64,000 nt of DNA, from NCBI GenBank assembly GCA_016931255.1, contig JAFGFG010000009.1:91627-155626 (forward strand). Direction: 5' to 3'. Below, piece by piece: positions 54,596 to 61,631 of the stretch. Source of the stretch: Candidatus Aenigmatarchaeota archaeon. Its GTDB lineage: Archaea; Aenigmatarchaeota; Aenigmatarchaeia; QMZP01; JAFGSV01. The translations under genes and the position numbers were made by a program. Under the pieces are notes generated by a model that was not told where the DNA came from, did not search any database, and was given only the letters and a program-made list of their open reading frames with translations. Numbering within the stretch: position 1 is the stretch's first letter; each line of letters opens with the position of its first letter.

Positions 54596-55114
54596 TTACT
54601 TCTTCTTTGGTGCTGCCTTCTTGGTTGTCTTTTTCACTGGCTTCTTAGCTACCGGCTTTGCCGCAGGCTTCTTTACAGCCTTGGGCTTCTCGGCCTTTGC
54701 CTTCTTTGGCTCCGGTTTCTCTGCTTTCTTCTCGATTGGAGCTTCCTTGGGCTTTTCCTCGGCCTTTTCTTCTGCTTTCTGTGATTTCGGCTTCGGGCCT
54801 GTTGCCCTCTTCTTCTCAGCTGCGGCTGCCTTTTCTACATCCTTAGCTGACGGCTCCTTCACTTCGAGTTTCTTGTAGATACCTGCTGCCTTGTAGGCAG
54901 AAAGAACTTCGTGGTCAGTGGCGTTTTTCTTAATCTTGACAGTTTCCGGTGTAGGTTCAACATGATGGATGCTGCATTTCCTTCTCTTTACTGTCGTGGC
55001 AGCCTTTGGACCGGTCACCAGGACGAATCCGTCCTCCAAGACATCCAGAACAACGCAGAACCTGCCAGCTTCCCTGCCGGCTGTTTTCATACAAATTCTT
55101 CCAACTTCAATCAT
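54596..55114 (-). CDS. rpl14e: 50S ribosomal protein L14e (eL14) with about 85-aa Lys/Ala/Pro-rich histone-H1-like C-terminal tail
   Basis: N-terminal KOW MIEVGRICMKTAGREAGRFCVVLDVLEDGFVLVTGPK matches archaeal L14e. Residues about 88-172 are KAEEKPKEAPIEKKAEKPEPKKAKAEKPKAVKKPAAKPVAKKPVKKTTKKAAPKKK. Confidence 0.8.
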   Translation of the reverse strand: MIEVGRICMKTAGREAGRFCVVLDVLEDGFVLVTGPKAATTVKRRKCSIHHVEPTPETVKIKKNATDHEVLSAYKAAGIYKKLEVKEPSAKDVEKAAAAEKKRATGPKPKSQKAEEKAEEKPKEAPIEKKAEKPEPKKAKAEKPKAVKKPAAKPVAKKPVKKTTKKAAPKKK

Positions 55115-55397
55115 TGTCCCATCTCTCCATGTTTTTTAGTTTCATTTTTGCCCTTGTGCATGCTGAGCACAGGTTGCCTCCGAAGGGCCTGTCAGGCCTT
55201 TTCTGCGTCTTTCCGAGCTTCGCTATCTCCGCGATTGTGCCTGTGGGAACCCCGTGAAGCGGCTTCCTGCAGTTGCCGCACCTCGCGTGGCTTGTATCTT
55301 TCTTGGTATAGTGAATATTCACTTTACCGCCTGGGGTTGTCACACTGTTCTTCCTGAAACTCGTTGACCTCTGTGCTGGTGTTGGCATATGAATCAC
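55107..55397 (-). CDS. rpl34e: 50S ribosomal protein L34e (eL34)
   Basis: C4 Zn-ribbon CGNC...CSAC and basic N-terminus. 96 aa. Conserved neighbour of L14e. Confidence 0.85.
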   Translation of the reverse strand: MIHMPTPAQRSTSFRKNSVTTPGGKVNIHYTKKDTSHARCGNCRKPLHGVPTGTIAEIAKLGKTQKRPDRPFGGNLCSACTRAKMKLKNMERWDND

Positions 55398-55460
55398 TTA
55401 ATAGGTTACTAATATGTAGATAAACCTTTTATTAGTTTACGTTGTCCGGCCTTTAAAAAT

Positions 55461-56138
55461 CTACTCTACTCCCATCACTTTCCTGAGCACGAATGTTGCC
55501 GGAAGGCTGATGAAGATGTACCACCAGAACCATGTTACATAGTTTCCTATGAACGGAAGCGTGAAAGGCAGTTTCGCTATCATCATCTCAAATTGCACTG
55601 CATTGTCCTTTTCAGTTGCGAACATATAGAATCCTTCGGTTTTGGCTATGGGTCTCCAGTATGTCTCCTGATATTCGAAAATATCCCCTTTCTGGAACAA
55701 CTCGTCATCTGTGAATACTCCATTGTCATTGAAGTCCACACCTGTCACGAAGTCTCCTGCATTCCCTGTATAGCTCAGCAGGTGCTCAGCATCCCCATAA
55801 GTGAAGAATGTATCTTCGTCCCCGAAATCAGCAGTAACACCACCGAAATTGGTGTTGAGCCATCCGAGCAGGAGCATGAATACAAGCATTGTGACCATCA
55901 TGGGCTTCATGCTCATCCTGAACTGGCTCTGGCTGGCCTTGAGCATCTCATTCGCATACTCACCCATCTTGGCCTTGTCGCCTGATTTCTTGGCTTCGTT
56001 CATCTTTTCCTTGTAGAACTTCATGTCGTCCTTCATCTTCCTGACCTCGTCAGGCTTTGTCAGGACCCTGTATATTATGGTTATGAAAAGGGAAAGTCCC
56101 ACTGAAAGAAGTGTTATCATCAGGAACGGTGTCATCAT
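55461..56138 (-). CDS. DUF106-family membrane protein (archaeal Oxa1/YidC-like, EMC3/TMCO1 superfamily) with acidic insert
   Basis: TM1, then coiled coil, then TM2-TM3 ending ...TWFWWYIFISLPATFVLRKVMG. Conserved position in the secY-adk-DUF106 cluster. About 70-aa Asp/Phe/Gly-rich insertion. Confidence 0.65.
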   Translation of the reverse strand: MMTPFLMITLLSVGLSLFITIIYRVLTKPDEVRKMKDDMKFYKEKMNEAKKSGDKAKMGEYANEMLKASQSQFRMSMKPMMVTMLVFMLLLGWLNTNFGGVTADFGDEDTFFTYGDAEHLLSYTGNAGDFVTGVDFNDNGVFTDDELFQKGDIFEYQETYWRPIAKTEGFYMFATEKDNAVQFEMMIAKLPFTLPFIGNYVTWFWWYIFISLPATFVLRKVMGVE

Positions 56139-56662
56139 ATCACCAGAAGCGCCTTAAGCAGTTTGAAGATTTCATCAGCAGCGTCCCTTGAACCCTCTAT
56201 TCCGCAATGCACGATTTTTACGCTGCATCCTGCCTTGGCCGCAATCATGAGCGCATACGTTTTTTCAACATCCTGCTGGTCCCTGAATGCGTCCTCGTCC
56301 TCCAGCTTGTCCCCGAGAGCGAGAGGATTGACGTTTATATGGATAATCAGGTCTGGCTTGAATACTTTCACAGTCTCATCGTTTATCACAGGAAATATGC
56401 CCAGCTTCGTGCCCACAGTGAAGTATCCGTTCACTATCACGTTGCCTGTCTTTTCCCCAATGAGCTTCAGCTGTATGCTGTCCCTTATTTTTTCCTGTGT
56501 GTTCTTGAGAAGATCCAGCTCCTCCTTCGGTGTACTGGAATTGTCTATGAAGTCGCTGAAGCTCAGTGTCCTGAACTTCGCCTTGCCTTCTATCCTCTCT
56601 ACAGCAAGCTTTACTATTGACTCCTCAACTGAGTTCTGGACACCTGTGATAAGTATTTTCAT
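56135..56662 (-). CDS. archaeal-type adenylate kinase (AdkA) homologue with degenerate Walker A P-loop
   Basis: Colinear with AdkA from memory: ITGVQNSVEES versus VTGVPGVG(K/S)TT, RTLSFSDFI versus KMVSFGSVM, KPDLIIHIN versus NPDLIIVVE, SVKIVHCGIEG versus ATVKIVQNRNG. The GxxGxGK(T/S) motif is absent. Conserved position directly downstream of secY. Confidence 0.55.
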   Translation of the reverse strand: MKILITGVQNSVEESIVKLAVERIEGKAKFRTLSFSDFIDNSSTPKEELDLLKNTQEKIRDSIQLKLIGEKTGNVIVNGYFTVGTKLGIFPVINDETVKVFKPDLIIHINVNPLALGDKLEDEDAFRDQQDVEKTYALMIAAKAGCSVKIVHCGIEGSRDAADEIFKLLKALLVI

Positions 56663-56664
56663 TA

Positions 56665-58272
56665 TTATCCCTTTCCCAGCAGCCTCTTCACTACGGGAGG
56701 CATGTCATCGCTGTGCTGGGTTACTATCTCCTGGTAGAGCTGGTATGATATCATTGTTGCGAGAAGTATGCCTGTCCCGCTTCCTATGGCATTGGTGAGG
56801 TCTGCATATGACGCCAGAAGCCCTATTGCCATGCCACCGAGTATGGCGAGCCCTGGTATGTAACGGTTAAGCACACGCTCGATTATCCTTATGTCGCGCC
56901 TGTAACCTGGTATCTGGAGTCCTGTGGAATGTATCTGCCCAGCCACTGTGCCTGCATCCATTCCCGATGTAGTAACCCAGAATGCCGAGAATATCGTTGC
57001 GCCAACTATCATGAAACCCGAATACACCAGTATTCTCATAATGTCCACAGTGGTTATCACCATTCCGGTCAGTCCGAGGCTGTATGTTATTCCCACCCAT
57101 ACGAGCGCTCCAACCGGTATCAGTCCGAGAGCCAGCTTCCATCCGGGCTTCTTCAGGTAGCCTGATGCAAATGCGCCTATGAGCGCAAACAGTCCCATGA
57201 ATACTGCCATGCCTGCGACAGCCTGTGAATTCGGAGGCATTACGTAATACACAAAGCCGGACACAGGATTATTGTTCTCGAAGCATCCAAGCAACCCGCA
57301 GATCATTGGAGAATCGGGCTCAATAGGCTGCGCGCCTATCCTGCCCATCAGCTGGACATTGGCAAGAAGAGCTGCTATGAGTATGACCGGGATGACATTG
57401 GTGTAAAGGAAATTGAGAGGCCAGCGTCTTCCGAATCCCCTTATGGAGCCGAAAGCCAGCGGTATCTCGACCTTGACATTCTGGAGGAATATGACCAGAA
57501 GGAAAACAATACATGTCGCAAGTACAGGCAGCGCCCCGAGGAGAAGCGCATTAAGCGGGTCAGCTGTTGCCATGTAATATATTATCTGGGGTATCGCACC
57601 AAGAGGAGGATTCTGCATCTCTATTGACGGCAGCGCGAGTGCTGTCCCGTCAGCTCCCTGGAAAAGCGAAAGGCATCCTGCACCGGCGCATATGGCGAAC
57701 GGATTGAATATCCTTGTTATTATTCCCGAAGAGACGCCTGCAAGGATGAACAGGCTGACACCTGAGCCGAATCCCCACTTGGAAATTATCTCATCCATGA
57801 AAAGTATGAATATGCCGCCTATGGCTATCTGCATTATGACTATGAACTCCATGCCCGGTGTTGGTGGTATCGCGCCGAAGAGCACGTATATCGCACCTTC
57901 TACGAAGCATAGTAATATTGTCAAAATCTTCTGGGTTCCCTGGAACAGTGTCTTGCCTTTATCAGTTCCCATGTCCCATGGCAGTATCTTCGAGCCCACG
58001 AGCAACTGCAGTATTATGGCTGCGACCACTATGGGACCGATACCAAGGGTTGTCAGTGAACCGAATTTTGATGCGAGAAGCAGCTCGAAGACCTTCAGCT
58101 GCTGGAGTCCTTCGACCTGGATGCCCCATACCATTATCTGGGACATCACAAGGAATGCGAACAGTACAAGTCCTGTGTACTTGAGCTTCTCGTTGAAGCC
58201 GAGCTTCTTAAGAGGCTCCTGAACACCCGGAAGGCGCTGCAACGCACTCATGTAAGATTCTTCAAACGACAT
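56665..58272 (-). CDS. secY: protein translocase subunit SecY
   Basis: 535 aa, 10 TM. Conserved position after rpl15. Antisense ORFs 56867..57142, 56924..57160 and 57692..58222 are spurious. Confidence 0.9.
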   Translation of the reverse strand: MSFEESYMSALQRLPGVQEPLKKLGFNEKLKYTGLVLFAFLVMSQIMVWGIQVEGLQQLKVFELLLASKFGSLTTLGIGPIVVAAIILQLLVGSKILPWDMGTDKGKTLFQGTQKILTILLCFVEGAIYVLFGAIPPTPGMEFIVIMQIAIGGIFILFMDEIISKWGFGSGVSLFILAGVSSGIITRIFNPFAICAGAGCLSLFQGADGTALALPSIEMQNPPLGAIPQIIYYMATADPLNALLLGALPVLATCIVFLLVIFLQNVKVEIPLAFGSIRGFGRRWPLNFLYTNVIPVILIAALLANVQLMGRIGAQPIEPDSPMICGLLGCFENNNPVSGFVYYVMPPNSQAVAGMAVFMGLFALIGAFASGYLKKPGWKLALGLIPVGALVWVGITYSLGLTGMVITTVDIMRILVYSGFMIVGATIFSAFWVTTSGMDAGTVAGQIHSTGLQIPGYRRDIRIIERVLNRYIPGLAILGGMAIGLLASYADLTNAIGSGTGILLATMISYQLYQEIVTQHSDDMPPVVKRLLGKG

Positions 58273-58352
58273 TGAAATCCCTAATAACAGTTATTGAATT
58301 CTAATTATATGAATTCTTGATATTTATTATTATATAAAAAATAACAGGGAGA

Positions 58353-58634
58353 TTAAAATTTTGACCCGCGCTCGATGTAGCTTATTGCATCGCCCACTGT
58401 TCTTATCCCGGGTGCGTGCGAGATGCCGTCAATCGATGGATATCTCGACTCCAGCATGGCCTCTGCGTGAAAAAGTTCTATGCGGGTAATTCCAAGGTCG
58501 TCCCTGATGCTTGTGTTCATGTTGACAGAACCGACGTCTATTTGGTTTCCCTCGGTTAATCTGTTATAAATCCCGCAGATCACCCTGATAGAATCCTTAT
58601 ATTTGTCGGGTATTTGATTGCTTATCATAATCAT
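58353..58634 (-). CDS. hypothetical protein (93 aa) inserted between rpl15 and secY
   Basis: Clean ORF. DDLGITRIELFHAEAMLE faintly resembles a carrier-protein helix but the Ser is not conserved. Confidence 0.35.
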   Translation of the reverse strand: MIMISNQIPDKYKDSIRVICGIYNRLTEGNQIDVGSVNMNTSIRDDLGITRIELFHAEAMLESRYPSIDGISHAPGIRTVGDAISYIERGSKF

Positions 58635-58669
58635 CTGAAATAGCGTAAAGAATTATAAAAGGATGCTTA

Positions 58670-59107
58670 TTATTCGACAGTGTTCTCGACAACTTCCTTC
58701 ACGACTTCCGTTTCTATGGCATCCGAGACAATCTTGCCGCCGGCAGCCTCGACCTTGGCCTTGGCGCCTGCTGAGCAGTAATCCACCTTTATGACCAGCG
58801 GGACCTTTATCTCCCCTGTTCCCAGAAGCTTGTCGTAACCGAACTTGGCGAGGTCTATCTTCTTCTCCTTCCCGGCAAGCTTGACGACTTCCCTGAGGTT
58901 CACTGTATTGAACTTCTTGGTTGTCTTTGCAGCGAAGCCGATTTTTCCTATCCTGTCCCTTGCATACTTCAGAATATAAGTCATCCTGTGGCCTTCGCTT
59001 CCTGCCCACCCTTTTCCGCCGCGGCTTCCCTTGCCCCTGTGCTTCTTCGGGCTGCCGTAGCCGTGTGTCCTGTGACCTCTCTGCTTGACCACTTTCTTTC
59101 TTACCAT
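58670..59107 (-). CDS. rpl15: 50S ribosomal protein L15 (uL15)
   Basis: N-terminal Gly/Arg/Lys-rich KQRGHRTHGYGSPKKHRGKGSRGG followed by the uL15 fold. 145 aa. Confidence 0.88.
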   Translation of the reverse strand: MVRKKVVKQRGHRTHGYGSPKKHRGKGSRGGKGWAGSEGHRMTYILKYARDRIGKIGFAAKTTKKFNTVNLREVVKLAGKEKKIDLAKFGYDKLLGTGEIKVPLVIKVDYCSAGAKAKVEAAGGKIVSDAIETEVVKEVVENTVE

Positions 59108-59523
59108 TATATCATCCTCTTGAGAAGCGCATTTATCTCAGGTCCCCTGTATCCGGTGTCCCCCATAGGATAGTTGAGCCTGACGGTCTTGAATCCTCCG
59201 GTAGGAGGTGAAAGTCTGAATACTTTTCTCTCTTCCAGCTTGCCATCTTTCAGTGCCTTTGTTGCAGCTGCCTTGGCTGCCTTTGCGTCTATCTTTCCTC
59301 TCTTCTGGAGAAGCTGCTCAAGTGTTTCCTGGTCTATCTCGCCCCATGTGGCGAATTCAGCGACATTCTTGAGCATTCCCCTGTAGGTGCTGTCACCGGG
59401 GATGACAATGCATGTGTTCACGCTGCCGAGCTTAAGTTTCTTGAGCGTGTCAACAACCTTTCTGGTTATCTTGACTGTTCCTTTTATCATTACTGCCGCA
59501 TAGAGCACGTTCGTTTCTGCCAT
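59107..59523 (-). CDS. rpl30: 50S ribosomal protein L30 (uL30)
   Basis: MAETNVLYAAVMIKGTVKITRKVVDTLKKLKL ... archaeal long-form L30. 138 aa. Confidence 0.85.
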   Translation of the reverse strand: MAETNVLYAAVMIKGTVKITRKVVDTLKKLKLGSVNTCIVIPGDSTYRGMLKNVAEFATWGEIDQETLEQLLQKRGKIDAKAAKAAATKALKDGKLEERKVFRLSPPTGGFKTVRLNYPMGDTGYRGPEINALLKRMI

Positions 59524-60374
59524 TACAAATCACCCTTTCCGCTGTTGATGTTCTTCAGTGCATTGAAGACAGCTGCTGCGAGGTTTGTTCTGGTCTCTGT
59601 TTTTCCGGATGTTTTTGCCCAGATATCCTTTATGCCTGCAATTTTCAGTATCTTCTTTATCTCCTTGCTGGCCACTATTCCGACACCCTTTGGTGCGGGA
59701 AGAAGCGTGACTGTAACAGAACCTTCTGTTCCTGAAACCTTGAACGGAACGCTGTGACCGCCTCCGCAGCCGCATTCCCATGAACCGCATCCTCTCTTGA
59801 CGCGTATCACACTCAGCTTGGCGTTCTTTGTCGCCTTCTCGATGGCTGTCCTGTGCTCATTTGATATTCCTCTTCCTATGCCGACGATGCCATCCCCGTT
59901 TCCTATCACTGAAAGTGCTGAAAGCTTGAATCTTCGTCCTGACTTGTGCATCCTTGCGGTCATCTTCGTTGCTGTCCTTCTTATACCGCCGCCCTTTCCC
60001 GGAGATCCGCCTATGTAAACGACATCCTGCATCATGTCAGGTATGAGAATATCCACAATCTCGGGCTCAAGTATGAGTTCCCCTTTTTGGAGTATGTCCT
60101 CTATTGTCCTGTATTTTCCTGCGAGAACGTCATTGCCGAGCTTGGTCTTTGGTATCCAGTCTGTGTCCCTTTCTATGGGAGGAGCCTTATCTGATGCGGC
60201 TTTCTCAGAAACATCTTCCTTTGGAGCGTCCTTTGCAGTTTTGGTCTTCTTTTCAGCCGGTGCCTTTCTGGTCTTTGGTGCTTCAGCAGGCTTCGCGTCC
60301 TTGACCTCTGCTATTGCTTCCTCTACCTGCTTCTCTATGTCATCGGCACTTTCACTGGCTTTCTTTTCCCTCAT
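59523..60374 (-). CDS. rps5: 30S ribosomal protein S5 (uS5) with about 70-aa Lys/Ala/Glu-rich N-terminal extension
   Basis: Conserved core from about residue 70 (DWIPKTKLGNDVLAGKYRTIEDIL...RFKLSALSVIGNGDGIVGIGRG). N-terminus is low-complexity KPAEAPKTRKAPAEKKTKTAKDAPKE. Confidence 0.85.
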   Translation of the reverse strand: MREKKASESADDIEKQVEEAIAEVKDAKPAEAPKTRKAPAEKKTKTAKDAPKEDVSEKAASDKAPPIERDTDWIPKTKLGNDVLAGKYRTIEDILQKGELILEPEIVDILIPDMMQDVVYIGGSPGKGGGIRRTATKMTARMHKSGRRFKLSALSVIGNGDGIVGIGRGISNEHRTAIEKATKNAKLSVIRVKRGCGSWECGCGGGHSVPFKVSGTEGSVTVTLLPAPKGVGIVASKEIKKILKIAGIKDIWAKTSGKTETRTNLAAAVFNALKNINSGKGDL

Positions 60375-60976
60375 TTATATCTCCTTCTCTGCCCGATTCG
60401 CTCGAAACGCGTCATTACCTCGGGCGCAGTTGAATATTTTAGCATATAGGTATTTATAATAGTTTTCCACATCTGCTCTGAAATTTCGTAATGTGTTGAT
60501 ATTATAGCCTCATACAGGAGGAAGAGGTCAGTTGCCTTGTCCTCCACCTTGTGGGACACCTTTCCCAGTCCGAAATCTATTAGATATAGGTCATTACCTT
60601 TTAATATCATGTTGGATGTCGTGAGGTCGCCGTGGACTATGTCCGCTGCATGAAGTGATGCAACAGCCTCTCCTATCTTTCTGGCGACCTTCTCCTGCAT
60701 GCTCTTAGGCATCCCATTGAGCTTCTCCTTCACCTTGTCGCCGTCTATATAATCCATCTTAATTACGTAACTATCCTTAATCTCGGCATTCGGCGTCGTC
60801 ACCCCGCTTCTTCTAGCCTTCTCAAGCAGCCTTGCCTCAAGCTTTGTCCTGCGCTTCCTTATTTCATCGTCTATGGCAGGAATCCTGTAGCCTTTCTTCA
60901 CCCTTTCCTTGATGATGTGGCTTCCTTCCCTGTATATGACTGCCTCTGCTCCCCTCTGTATAATATCCTTAGGCAT
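60371..60976 (-). CDS. bud32: KEOPS complex kinase Bud32 (RIO-like atypical kinase)
   Basis: GAEAVIY N-terminus, catalytic HGDLTTSNMI, DFGL. 201 aa. Stop overlaps rps5 start by 4 nt. Confidence 0.8.
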   Translation of the reverse strand: MPKDIIQRGAEAVIYREGSHIIKERVKKGYRIPAIDDEIRKRRTKLEARLLEKARRSGVTTPNAEIKDSYVIKMDYIDGDKVKEKLNGMPKSMQEKVARKIGEAVASLHAADIVHGDLTTSNMILKGNDLYLIDFGLGKVSHKVEDKATDLFLLYEAIISTHYEISEQMWKTIINTYMLKYSTAPEVMTRFERIGQRRRYK

Positions 60977-61074
60977 GCAGTTTAATTGTCAGACTGTTTA
61001 AAAAACCGAGAATGGTATCCGCGTTAGGTTTATAAAAGTTACTACCACTACATAATCATAAAAAAGGTGATAAA

Positions 61075-61623
61075 GTGAATAATACTGCATTCATTGGACT
61101 CATATTGTTCTTCATATTCGTACTGGCAACTGCTGCTGAGTCAGCAGACACATGGGTAAGGGTAGCTCCAGGCTTCCTGAACACTGTCCAGTGCCAGAGC
61201 ATGATGGGGAAGATATACATAGAGAACAGCGCCGCTGGGACTTACAGCCTTGCGATAACAGGCGTCCCTGAAGAATGGCTTGAGTATCCTGAAGAGGTAT
61301 TCGTTGAAGGCAAGAAGACTGTGACTTATGTTGTCAGTCCGAGTGACCCCGGAACATACAGGCTTTATTTCACTGTCGAGGGAGATGATTTCGATTTTGA
61401 GGATAATGTCAAGCTCTGGGTAAGCTCAAAGGAGACAAGCGAGCTCGGCTCAGATGAAGGCAGCGGAACGGGAATGGTCGGAGGACTTACCGGAATGTTC
61501 ACATTCAATGCTGAGAACCAGACGCTCTTCATCTACGCGCTCGTCGCAATGGGAGCTGCGCTTGCCGTGCTTCTCGGACATACAATGCTTAAACATGAGG
61601 ATGAGCCCGAAAGGGCATACTGA
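61075..61623 (+). CDS. secreted surface protein with C-terminal TM anchor and GGLTGMF pre-anchor motif
   Basis: Signal peptide (IGLILFFIFVLATAAESA), one beta-sandwich-like domain, ...GMVGGLTGMFTFNAENQTLFIYALVAMGAALAVLLG. Confidence 0.6.
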   Translation: MNNTAFIGLILFFIFVLATAAESADTWVRVAPGFLNTVQCQSMMGKIYIENSAAGTYSLAITGVPEEWLEYPEEVFVEGKKTVTYVVSPSDPGTYRLYFTVEGDDFDFEDNVKLWVSSKETSELGSDEGSGTGMVGGLTGMFTFNAENQTLFIYALVAMGAALAVLLGHTMLKHEDEPERAY

Positions 61624-61631
61624 GTGATTTT

